Assembly: GCA_973895155.1 (NCBI GenBank)
Contig: OZ316893.1
Span: 25,966,798-26,030,797, forward strand
Length of the DNA: 64,000 nucleotides
Source: Marsupella aquatica
Taxonomy: Eukaryota; Plantae; Marchantiophyta
Reading direction: 5' to 3'
Shown: piece by piece, positions 34,222 to 46,400 of the stretch
Position numbering within the stretch: position 1 is the first letter of the stretch
How the letters are laid out: each line of letters begins with the position of its first letter
Program-made: the position numbers and the translations under genes
The notes under the pieces: model-generated
Told to the model about the DNA's origin: nothing
Database searches by the model: none
Seen by the model: the letters and a program-made list of their open reading frames with translations, nothing else

Positions 34222-37200
34222 TCATTGGTCCAAGGATTCGACGAAAGTCAAGATACGATCGGATACAAGGTCAGGCCGATCATCATGAGGGCAGTGCCCA
34301 ACATCAGATAGTACTTCTACAGACACAGTCCCCCTCTCCTTGCCCAACTGCCGGAAATAGTTTGCCACCTTCACAATTAAAAAAGCTCATCAGTCATGGA
34401 AATACTAGCAAATGTACCCATCCAAACCTCTACAGACATCCAGAGACTATTTAAACAAGAGTTAGGAACAGTTTCAGGGGCTTGTTCTGTGCTGTGACGC
34501 ATTGGTCCTATTTCACCTACCCTTCTTCGTGGGGGAGAGTAAGTAGATCAGAGAAATCTAAGGAGAGATGTCACTAGTGAAAGGACAACTCACCTTTCCG
34601 TTTGCAGGTGTCCATCGATCCTTGTCACCCCACAATAGCAGCACAGGAGCATTGATTTGTGGCATCAGAGTTTCAGGTCGAGGACCTACACGGGACACTC
34701 GCTCCTTAGCTATGCACTAAAAGCGAATTGCAATCAAACGAAAAGAATATACATTCTAGGACAGAATGAACAACATTTGCAGCCCCAGTCTGTTATGCTT
34801 TGTCAGAGACCATCCAACTACTTTTTTGCTTCATATGAGATGAATGTAAGTTAACAAGGACATAGCTTCATTGCTGCCATGATGTGTTACCACATAAACG
34901 AGGAAAGCTGAAGATAGAACTAATGAGTTGGGATAACCACAACCAACCTGGTTCGTTGGTGAAGACTTTCACGAAAACCTCCAAAGCCCCCGGATCTTCA
35001 GATGGATGGTGAAGGATGTCAACCTGCAGTACATCTTCGTATGTTAGTGCTGGCACCCTCGTACCATGCATGTATAAGTCCTACATGGACGAGGAGCAGA
35101 GCAGACCCTATTAACTTCACGACAACTCAAATCTTCTACATGATACCTACAGTACACATACGTTAAGGTACAACTCATGACGCAATGTGCGGTTATACTC
35201 CAAAGTTTTCCAGTTTGATCATTACTCAGACATCACAAAACCCCTACAAATGCATACTCACAAGTTCATCTGTCACAGCCTCTTTGTTATGATATGCTTG
35301 TTCTGACAAAATCGTTTTCACATTTTTTTTGCTTCTAAATCTGCACATCAGACTGTCAAAATTAGAACGCATACAAGAAGCACACAAAATGCCAACACTA
35401 AAAAGCGACAAAACAGAAGCACAGGGAAGCATTCAAAATGTTAAGTGACTCGCAATTCTCTAGTCAGTAGATGAGTAGAATTTCGAAAAAATTTCCAGTG
35501 AAGATCATTGAGAAAACAGGCCAGCAAGAGATTGCCGTGAACGATAAACAAGGAGACTCTAAAAGGATTTGCAAACAACTAAAGTTGCCTTTGTCACTTG
35601 CTTACCAAAGAAATTGTGGAGATGTGAGTTACCTGTTGAAGAGATAATTGGCAATTTTCGGTTTTTGAAGAAGATATTCAACCGCGACAAAGATAGGAGA
35701 AATTGCACGAAGAAGAGCATCATCTTTTTCCAGTCCCTTTCTATTCATTGCTCCAGCACAATTCAACAGCACAACTCCACTGCAGCCACAACTTCCTTTA
35801 GCGATTTGTCCTTCCAGCAAGAGGACCCTACGTACTAATTGGTCTCTAAAGTCGAATCGACACTCTAGCTCATCCGGTACTTCACCATCACCGAACAGAA
35901 TGAGCCTTCTCCTAAATCAATGAACATGTTATACTCCAAAATGACATACCTCACAGCTTCAACATCCAACATTGCTGCAATCAATGAACATGTTATACTC
36001 CAAAATGACATACCTCACAGCTTCAACATCCAACATTACTGCAGCTGAAAGAACAGCAAGAGAGCCAATAGAATTCCCAACAAGGATAGCACCGCCCTCA
36101 GCAAACTCTTGCGTGAAATCTGTCAGGTGCAGTACAAGTACAGATCAATAACAAGTCGTTGCTCAGGATAGCTGATGCCTACGGATGAACTGACGTAGAA
36201 TTGCAAGCTTGCTCTGTCAGTCCGTTGAGACCTTCGAGCAAAGCAACTTATTATATTATTCTGTCCAGGAGCCCCAGACATGCACCAGAAGACCTATGTG
36301 AATAGTAATCATGCGTTGGGCACTGTGCTCACCACGGACGAGTTCTCCCCACAAATCAGGTCCATAATCTGCATCAGTTGGCTTGTCTGAAGCTCCAAAA
36401 CCCAGAAGATCTACGGCATAAACCCTATGGTGCTCAGCAAGATATGATATCAAGCTGGCGTAGTGCCCAGCATTTCCACCTGCAAGAACAAAAAGCTCCA
36501 CCCTTTCAGTTACGCATTTTGAGAAACGTAAATAATTAGCCCTGGCCAACGCCGAAAGCTAGAGCTGTTGCAGAAAAGGTTAAGGTCCCCCAAATGACTC
36601 TTACAACCTGGAAGACAATAATGGTCTCTATGTGGTAAACCTTGACGACAATAATGGGTATCATATAGAGAGAATTTAGATCACAATCGGCACCCAAGAC
36701 TGTCCTCAGGGATCTGCTTTCGTCACTAGACAATCACTTTCATCTAGTAAAAGCGATGGTACAACATTACTTTGTAAGGACCCAAAAACAACTGCACACG
36801 AGACGTACCAAACCCATGCACCAGAACAATTGGCTTCCCACAACCTGCAACTGCATAATTTATTTTGTTACCTCTGCAGGCCAAAACGAAGCACTCCGGC
36901 GTCAAAGAGGTGTCAGACACAACACAGACAAGCTCATTATCTAAACGATGATCAAGAGTTAACATAAGATATTTCAGCGGAGTAAGACGGTGAATGCAAA
37001 AGAGCGACATGCACGTGGAATCCAAGACATACGCACCTCCACGACCAAGAGTTGCTCTTATAGGGCAAGGCCAGCAGACTTTTGTCTAGCGATTGAATAC
37101 CTTTGGTTACACTTCTCAAAGGCACCCCACTTTCCACCTCTACTTGCATAAACACTGAGCCTCCCCTCAATCCACCTTCCTTAAGGGGACTTACCCAAAC

Positions 37201-38486
37201 ATTCAGGAGTCCATCCACATTGCTCAAGTTTGAGTTAAGCCTGCATCGAAAGTAACAATGACTGACTTTCAGAGCCGGATCAGCTGATGCACCTAATCCA
37301 CTTGAAGTAACACGACACAAAAAGCTTGCACACCTGTTCATTAAACCAAGAACAAATTGTAATAGCTACTGAGTGCTTAGACTCAACTAAAAGAACCCAT
37401 ATTTGTTTTTCTGTCTCTACATTTTAGGTTGCGAGTGCAATTCACACCTTTTGACATCGTCTTCGCTTGTCACGCCATGGACACTGCAGAAGAACAAGAA
37501 GAAAAGTCACACCCCCAAAATTAGAATTTTTAGCTAATGCAATGGATCATCCATCAGTAGTAGACGTGATGGAATTCTATGTGTCCTATCAAATCTGTCC
37601 TGGACAGAAATGTTAGAAATAGAGCCCGCTGTAAACTCGAAATGCTCCTGGAAGACATAATCCATGCATGTGAACTTTCGAGATGCAGGTTGATTCTTAC
37701 GTGACGGTAAATATGCGACTCTCGGATGTCGTAGCAAAATTGGATGGTGGAATCAACATCTCTTCCAAAGAAGAGAAGCCATTTGCAGCCTTTGATTCAT
37801 CTGCGGTACTTGCATCCCTTCCGGCCGCTGCAATAGACTTGGGTGCTCAGCGAAATTCTCAAGCAACTATATGTGGACCAAATTCACAATCATTGCTCCA
37901 AGCCCAATCCCACAAGACATCATCATCACACAAGTTCTTGAAGCTTACCTCTCACGATATCAACCCGAGATCCTGAAGCTGGAAAGGGATTGCTTTTCGG
38001 GACTAGTTTTTGCCTCCTAGTCAATCCTGGAATGCCATCATTTACACGTCCCACGCCCCTGCTATTGGACAACGTGCAGCTGAAAGACTTGGTGGAGCAT
38101 GTCTTTGCCTTCTGAAAGAGAAAAAAACCCACGATCCAAGTGGTTAGTGTTCCCATCAGCGCCAACAGTGGAGGGAAGTAGGGCCCCACTGAATTAAAGG
38201 AGAATTCATATTACTCGCCAGGATTGACTGATGGGACTCAAATTGCAATTGAAATGCGATTAGTCATTCCAGGGTGTAGATCCGACATCAGCGTATAAAC
38301 GATAGCAACAGTGATATCTCTTACCCAGACCAGACGAGAACTTCTGCTCCCAACCTTCGGCAACCTCTTTGGAATTGCTAGTCTCCCGCATTCTGAATAC
38401 GAATTCTTTGTCTGCAACAAGGATTCTGACAGTACTGGTGCGATGCTACTGACAGCCTGAGGCACAACTGTCGCCAAGGTGCCCAT
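34222..38486 (-). CDS. alpha/beta-hydrolase fold protein (pheophytinase-like), multi-exon, long S/R-rich N-terminus (possible transit peptide)
   Basis: Exons encode KPIVLVHGFGG, RVYAVDLLGFGASDKP, ILVGNSIGSL (nucleophile), VVLLNCAG, LLLWGDKDRWTP, VGHCPHDDRP; stop at 34222; N-terminal exons less certain. Confidence 0.88.
35915..36042. repeat. 64-bp tandem duplication spanning an exon end and splice donor
   Basis: aatcaatgaacatgttatactccaaaatgacatacctcacagcttcaacatccaacatt(g/a)ctgc twice. Confidence 0.95.
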
Positions 38487-41029
38487 TTGCAATTGCCTTC
38501 CTATAAACCCGCTTTTTTAGCACCTGCAGCACGAATTTCATGAGAAATTGATAGAATTCACGGAACATGTTCAACAAAGAGTGACCTGTCTTACTAGGTT
38601 CTCCTTTCTCAAGCCACTACCACATAACCAGCCACTTAGGAGGGTCTACGTCTGCCTGTGAAAACAATCAGAAGGACAAGGAGATCCTATGCTCCTTCGT
38701 TACAGATCTAGAAGTGACAAAGTGGCCGATCTAGTATCACGCTCTCAGATGTGAACTTCCACCACCTCCGGATCCTGAATTCAGCTAGTTCAATAAGAGT
38801 CGATTTTTTTGAGTACCAGGATCCAGTTATTGACTACATCTCGTTCAACTAAACCGAATTGCAGCGATGAGCCACTATTGTCCGACAGCAGCAGCTGTGT
38901 CGGAGAGTGTTGCTTCATTGCCTCAAGTTCTCGTATTTATTGAAAATGTGCTAGGGGACCGCGGCAAAACGGCACGCTTGAGGGCTCCTACTCTAAAGCT
39001 CAGTAGAACTGATTCGCAGACAATCAGTTGCAATTTCTAAAAGTTTCTCAGTGTACCACCGTTTATACGCTCTTCCTAGGTTGAGAGATGTCTAAGGCAT
39101 TTGTTACAGCAGAATTCTTAACCAATGTTCATCTAACTCTTATCTCATATCTAGACTCGCCACAATTCATCAAGCCTCTAAGGTTTTGTACTCGTATCGT
39201 CTTACCCTGACAGAGCTCCCTTTATCGAGCTCCTAGTGGAAACGAACTCCACAACACTGCAAATTTCCGACAGTTTCAGCGAATACTCGCGCGAATTGAA
39301 TTGCCTAACAAGTGACTAGTCTCTTTGTATTCAGTATTCTCCAGCCGGTACACTACCGTATGACGCTAGTCGTAGAGTCTGCACCAAGGGGACGACGCTG
39401 GATCAGACACCGAGGCTGTGGCCGTCGTCGTCGTCACCTCTCTCTACGCCAAAGCTTCCCAACCGAAGACATGCTTCTGCTTCAGCGGACAGCCGGCATC
39501 GTCTGAACGAATGCAGCGAGCAGCGGCACAAACGGGCAGGCATTTGGAGGCAAGCGTCAAGCAGACGAAAGCTCACACTACTCCTCAGTCCTCACCTTGA
39601 ACCTCAAAACATTTACTGCTCCGTAACAACTCACTGTGAAGACAACCGAGAAGGCGCGCAGCGGTGGCGGGCCTCCACCGTAAAAGCGCAGACGGACGGT
39701 GGTGTGTAGAATAATTTTGCGGTCTGAACTTTACGTTACATTACGGAAGCGACCAGAATCAACCAGAATCAACCAGAAGCAGTCAAATGGGCGGAAGGAA
39801 GGTGACGAAGGAAGATTCAGAATGAGAAGAGAGCGAATGAAGAGCCAAAGAATAATGAGCCACTCGAGAGTTAGCATGCCACGTCTCTTCCCTCTTCCTT
39901 ACGCTATTGCTGCTCCAGTTACAGTCATCTGTCGGATTTTTCGGGGCTAGCTCAACTAGGGGCTCCAAAACCTAAATCGCCACTGCGCAAGCCAGCAATC
40001 TTTGGAACACGAATCTTTGGAACACTATCAGTCGTCGTGATTGCCCTGGTGAATTATGCCTCAAGAGTCTCACGGGCGACCTAACCTTTTGAGTCATGAG
40101 AGTTACGGAGAATTGCGTGAAATCTGTACGTGACTGACCGTATGCTGAAATAGACCTCGAGCCCTGAAGGAATTCGCTCCCCTCCTATTATGAGCTCGTA
40201 ACTTACTAAACACGAACTTGAATTGATGAATTATGCAACACGAACTCCATTCAATGTAACGACATTGCCAAGAGAGATTCAATCGTCGAAATCACTCCAA
40301 AAAATTCATCCTAGAAATTGACCTGATTACCTTATGCTGACTTGAAGCCCTGAGCGACTTCACTCTCGTCTTCAGCAAATGAATCACTTCGAGAGAAACT
40401 GACCTAAACGAATTCTGCAATACAAACCACGCATGGAATCAAAGTGACACAGAACAGACCGACATTTGGGAGAGCGAAATGAACGAATGACAGAACGAGC
40501 ATATCACACTTGGACCTAGATCCGCAGTCCCCTCCATGTACGCAGCTTCGTAAAGATCAATGCACTCACATCAACCGATCCCCTACTCAGAATTCTCGAT
40601 TCAATCGAGGGAAGAATTCAACCATGTCTAACTAGTGTAGCCCGTGCAGGCAAGATACATGTCTGTGGAAGATCGCGCCATGATACCGAGCTCGGAGAAA
40701 AGGCAGCACTACGATCAGAGTCAATTTCAATTGCAATGTATGGAGAAATTGAAGGCCTCAAAACTTTAGTAGAGTACGAGAAGACATCAAATCAAGCATG
40801 AACTCTGTTTGGCTTACACATCATCCATCGCCATCCCTCAACAGTAATTGTCTTGCCTTTGTGCTCGATCTGCTGAGCTTGTGCAGCTACCAATCTAATT
40901 GCAGTGGATGATTGATTGATACTCTATTCAGCATTTTCTTTTGATTGCTCATTTTTCATTCTACTGTTTTGATTGCTCATTTCATTTTCCATTCTACTTT
41001 TTTTCATTGCTCATGTTTTTGCTGTGTAT

Positions 41030-41320
41030 TTCCTGTCCGTAATCACACATTTCAAAATGTGATAATAGAACTTGTGGATAATCACACATAAAATGTGATA
41101 ATAATATTCCCTGTCCGTAGTCACACATCAAAATGTGATTATATAACTTGTGGACAACCACACATCAAAATGTGATAATAGACAGAGTGCAGGCACCACC
41201 GATTTAAAGAAAATAATGAGGTGTATCATAGTATGGAGCTAAGAAGATCATGAGGTGTATCATGGTATGGAGCAGAAGATAATGAAGATAATGAGGTGTA
41301 TCATGGTATGGAGTGATGTG
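41030..41320. repeat. cluster of short tandem repeats (cacacatcaaaatgtgat x4; atgaggtgtatcat.gtatggag x3)
   Basis: Directly visible; first motif shared with 10710-10730. Confidence 0.8.
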
Positions 41321-42037
41321 GTAGGCAGTATATGTCATATTGATGTCCAGTTACCTGAACCACTTTTTTGTTGCAGTTCCTTTGACTTTTATGATCCCAC
41401 ATTATACTTTTTTGTTGCAGCTCCTTTGACTTTTATGGTCCCAGAGTTTATAATACATTACTATACCATAAGTTGGCGATGAACCCTACCTATCTTGTGT
41501 AGGAGCCACTACCAGTTGGGATTCCAAAACACAAGAATTGGGGCTCGGGAGAACATGAATTTAGCTTTGAAACAGGGGGTGTTTCATGGTAGGGACACCA
41601 TTCTTTGATTACAAAACATTTAGCTGCAACTACCAAAACCAAGTGTAGACCACAAAGCCAATCCACTATCCCAGTTACATAACTACCAAAGCCATGTCAC
41701 CATCCCCTGGTACACAACTCTCTTTTCTTATTAGACAAGTTTTTAAGTCTTTATAATGCCTTTATATCCAACAGCTTTTAAGAACAGTATAGATGTTTGA
41801 ATTTAAAATATTGTCATTGTTGTATTTGTATTTAGAAATATAGTTTCCCTGGTTAGCTTGGTGAACTTGTCATCCATCTACAAAACCTGACATTTTTGTA
41901 ATTAGAAAAGAAATCGTGATAATATTGTCAATTAGAACATCTTTAATGACAAAGTACTTAAAAATTGAATTATACATGCAATTGACTCTGTTAGCGTTAG
42001 TTTTAGTCAACTCAAACTTTTATTTTCTTCTTATAGC

Positions 42038-42380
42038 TGTTAGTAAGGGTCAACTCTAGTCTTGGGTTAATTTCTTGTCACTTAGGCTAAACCATCATTA
42101 GAATGTTAATGGTGATTAACCGTGACTCTTGCATCTAGGATATAGAGGGGTTAGGGAGAGCTCTTCATGGAGACTTAGGCCCATTGTTGAGTGAGTTAGT
42201 TAGGTGCTAAAAAGAGAGCTTGTACAGGGAGACTTTGTGTGACCATGGTGGCAAAAGCCTAATAAAGCTCTTGTGTATTCACATGTACATAGGCTCAGTG
42301 GAGGTGAACCGCATATCTCTTGGTGTCGATGTGTGCATGCTTGCCGTCGTGCTTGTGATTGTTTCGTGACGGTTTGAACA
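42038..42380 (+). mobile_element. old solo-LTR relic related to the copia LTR (left edge uncertain)
   Basis: taaagctcttgtgtattc..ggaggtgaaccgcatatctcttggtgtcga..gcttgccgt..aaca matches LTR taaagttctcttgtgtgttc..ggaggtgaaccacgtatctcttgtgtcga..gcttgccgt..aaca. Confidence 0.75.
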
Positions 42381-42393
42381 GGATCCCAAGCTG

Positions 42394-42590
42394 TCAAAGC
42401 TAGGGCAAGGAGGGTTCGGAAGTGTGTATCAGGGAGAGTTGCCTCCCTCGGAATTCCAGTAGCAGAGAAAAAAATCAACAGCAACTCCACTAATGGCAAA
42501 AAAGAGTTCATGACTGAAGTTTCCTTAATTGGTCAGCTCACACATAGGAATCTGATCCAAATTCTGGGTTGGTGTAAAGACAGGGCTAAA
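42394..42590 (+). pseudogene. receptor-like kinase fragment (subdomains I-IV, LecRLK-like) with frameshift
   Basis: SKLGQGGFGSVYQGELPP / GIPVAEKKINSNSTNGKKEFMTEVSLIGQLTHRNLIQILGWCKD; frameshift near 42449; no continuation. Confidence 0.85.
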
Positions 42591-43422
42591 GGGAAAACCC
42601 CAGGAAGCCCAAAGGACCAGAAATCCAAAAGACCCGGGCAAAAGTCCCCCCACAACAACCACCCCTAAACAACCCTCCTAGGCAGTGACCTATAGCATAT
42701 TTTGAAAGACATGGGGGAGGTTAACATGTACTATTACCTTAATGAAACATTTCCACCACATATAAATCTGTATTCCTCTTGGCAGTCCTATTTAGTATTC
42801 TTTCACGAGATGGTGATCTATAAGCATGCCTGAAGTTTTGAATTATGGAGTTTTGAAATATGGATTCGGATTCAATAATGACAAATGTGTTCGGTATAAG
42901 ATAAAGGCTACAATCAGGGGAAAAGTTCTATCACGACATTGGATTGCTAGTTGAAACCCAACGTGATGAAAGATACTGTTTTTACGAGCATGAAAGACTC
43001 CCAAGTCTATTTTGTTTATCATCGTTAGATTACCAATTGGTCCATCTTTTATCCGCAACCAATAGTGTAGCCAAGGATGCAGCACATGGCCAAAATTCAC
43101 AATGATACCTGAATCTCGACGAACATGAGTGGAGATAAAGTCAATGTAGTTGCTGATTGCCAAAATTGTGGAAAGGCAACTTCCCAAAGATAATTAAAGT
43201 GATTAGTCTCTGTAGCTTTGGAGTCAAATTACAGATTTCCCTCCGAGAATCAGATAGATATGATTACACCCAGAACCTCTGGTACAAAGCAGATGTATGG
43301 CACGAACAAAAATTCCCCAGCCCTCGTCTCAGACCCTCAGACCAAATGGCGAATCCTTTTCAGATGTCTTTCAAGGAGATTTTGAAGGCAATATTTCATT
43401 GATTGATCAATTGAATGTACAT

Positions 43423-46400
43423 TCATGGAATCAGATCACGTGTCAAAAATGGAAGACATGGATTTATCCGGAGCAATCCAGGCGTAGGTGTCCCCGGTAA
43501 AACCAGGGAGAGAAGTGGCAAGAGACAGTTCGAGTTTGAAGATGTGTAGTTACCGATATCTGGTAAAATCTGATGAAGTTGCTGCACTGCTGCTTGCACA
43601 ACTCTAGAGGAGGGAATATCATACCAGCAAAGGTAGCAAGCCAGTAACATCTTGTTCATCAGGACCTCGTGTCCCCTGGAATCGACCTGCGATTCAGGTG
43701 GCCATTGTGCTGCACCGAAATACTTGACCAAGGAAGTGGGAAATGCTGTGGGTGAACGTAAAGCATCTGCACCAAAAACTTTTGCAAAACTGAGCACGTC
43801 GTCTACACGTTTGGCCAGGGCTGCTAGGAAGTTGCGCTGGACAAGAGGTTCTCCCCTAGGTCCAGCTCGCTCATCCTCGCCTGATGCTTCACAGTATGTG
43901 AGTGCCGCCTTCAAGCTATACAGAGCAAGTGAGTCACTGCATATGCTGTTTACACTGCCTCCCCGACCTGCCCCATGATTAACTAAATTCTCCACAGTTG
44001 TGTATAAAGTCAAGTAAGTTTGCAAAAGGGCAGGTCGATCCGTGCTGACACACTCGAACAATGCCATCAGGCAAAAATCCTCAAACTCAGTTGGCGCCTT
44101 GCTATTTTGTGAAAAATTGCAAAGGAGTTGCGCAAAGGCTAGCATGCTGGGATCCCCAGAAAAAGTGCTCACAAGTTGATCCACTTTCGAGAGATGCAGG
44201 AAATTTCCAGCTAAGCCCCTCGCTTCAAACCTTCCCCCTTCACAATCCTTTTGAAATGCTCGAGAGAGAAGAGATCGACATCCAATAGGATCATCGGCAT
44301 ATGAGCGGGCTCCCACCCTCCTCTTCACGTACAGCACACCACCATTGAAAGGATCACCTGCTTCTCCAGGTTGCCACCATGATTGGTCCGTCAAGGCAAG
44401 TTTAATGTCTTGAGGCCAGTAACGACGTCCGCTGACTCGCACTCGCATCAGAGAGCAGCGTTCAGGAAGAATGCAAGGGGTATCTTGGGTGACAACAACC
44501 TCTCCTTGAAAATCTGATTCTTTCACGGTCATCTCCAATGGGACCACAACCGGTAATCCTGTATCGACATCAATTGTCCGCACACAACGTGCCTCCGTTG
44601 CGAGCACATAGAGATGGCGAAATGCCTGTAAGTGGCACCGATGATCGTTGGGAGCTGTGGGGAAGCGAGGGTACAGCGCCACAAGCAATGCAGCCACAGC
44701 ACCATTATTTGTTCCAAATGTACGTAGACCACCTCCGAGGAAAAGAAAGCCAATAGACATGCTTACTGCCATATGGTTTCCATAATTAATCGCTCCATCT
44801 GAGTCAGTACGGCGCCTAAGATACCGCAGTAGTCTAAAAGTCTCAAGATGTCCAGTACCTGCCATGACTACACTCAAGGAAAGAATAGCAACGTTTAGGC
44901 AGGTCTCTAGCGTACCACGATCCACATATGAATTACGCATCAATGGGCTAACACTGCCGCCTCCAAGAGCTGAGGAGCGTTTCTCCTTCAAGAAGTACAG
45001 TGCATACTTCCTTATCAACTGTTGAGCCTCTGGTTTCGCTGTACCGGAAAATCGGAGAGCAATAGAAAGGCAAGCTCCAGCCAGAACATTAACATGAGCT
45101 TGGGCGAGTGCCTCCATATCAGCATCAGCAGGGGGGGCCTCAGAATTTTCAGGCTGGGTGATTGAATTCACAGCTTCTCTCACTATGTCCGGTACCTGAG
45201 CTTGAATCCATTCCTCAGTGGCCTGAATGCTGTCCCACAATATTAGACTCTGTGCAACCAGGCGCAGGAGAATGAAATCTGGGCGAACATATTCCAAGGC
45301 GAAGTGGGTGCTTGGAACAGCAAGCCTTGCTGCCACCAACTTGTTATTCGTTTTGAGAAACATGAGGGCGAGGGCTAGAGTTGCTCCTGGAGCAGTTACA
45401 TCCAAATTGACCATACAGCCCTCCATGACCTGACCACCAGGTTGTGCATGATCTTCGAAGTTCCTCGCAGCTGATGGCAAGAAGTTTCTCCAAACACGTC
45501 CTTCCCCCAATCTCCTCTGACGATCATCAGAGAATTCATTTCCTCCAGAAATATAGTGGCGTAGGCGATCCTCAATGTGAAGATCGGCAAGGCCCCAAGC
45601 ATCATTTCCACGACCGAGGGTGACCAAGCCTAAAGCCAAGCCCGCAGCCAAGGCGTAACCCTCCCTATCCAATGCATTGTCACCACCAGGTTTGCGCCCG
45701 ATCTCAGCTAGAAGAATTTCTGTTGTTAGGCGATGGGCGGATCCTTGATATAAAAGTCCTACTGCCATCAATGCTGCAGATTGCATGAGAGTTGGCAACT
45801 CCAGCTCTGGAAATGAGGGCGGGTGCCGAGCTGGGATGTGAAGGTACAGAATCTTTGATATTGCAGGATCCATTGTTCCACGACGGGCTGCTGCCATTCC
45901 TAAGAGAACTCCCACGGTTGTAGCCTCGTGCTCCTGGGCAAGGTAGCGATACACATCCGTTGCTGCCAGTACTCCAAGATGCTTGTGCAATCCAAGTGAC
46001 ATCAAGAATCCCGCATGAGCATGACTGGGCTCATCTGGCTTATTGTAGACTATCCATGTGCGCGTTATCTTACCCTGCCCCGGTGCTAGCCTAAGCCCTG
46101 CAGCCACACCATTATGAAACTCTGGCCATGAGGTGAGATCTGTGATGTTACCCGTGTTAACATCCAAATTCACAGTTGCATCGTGCTGCGAGGGAAGTCT
46201 CCCTGCCAGTACTAGCTTGGGGATGGGTAGTGTTTCCGTCAATAGAGGATAGGATGTGGCCAGGGTGTATGCACCACGACCAAAAGACAGGGATGTTGTT
46301 CGCTGGGCAAGCTGCCACAACTGAGCCTGCTGCTGCGCGACAATGTCTGGGTCACTAATGTCTGGTGAATTAGCAGTACGCACAGCTACTGGCTTGGAGG

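Noticed and set aside
41480-41720. Possible legume-lectin remnant (PGDGDMALV) on the minus strand near the kinase fragment
   Set aside because: Opposite strand to the kinase fragment, very short match, multiple stops
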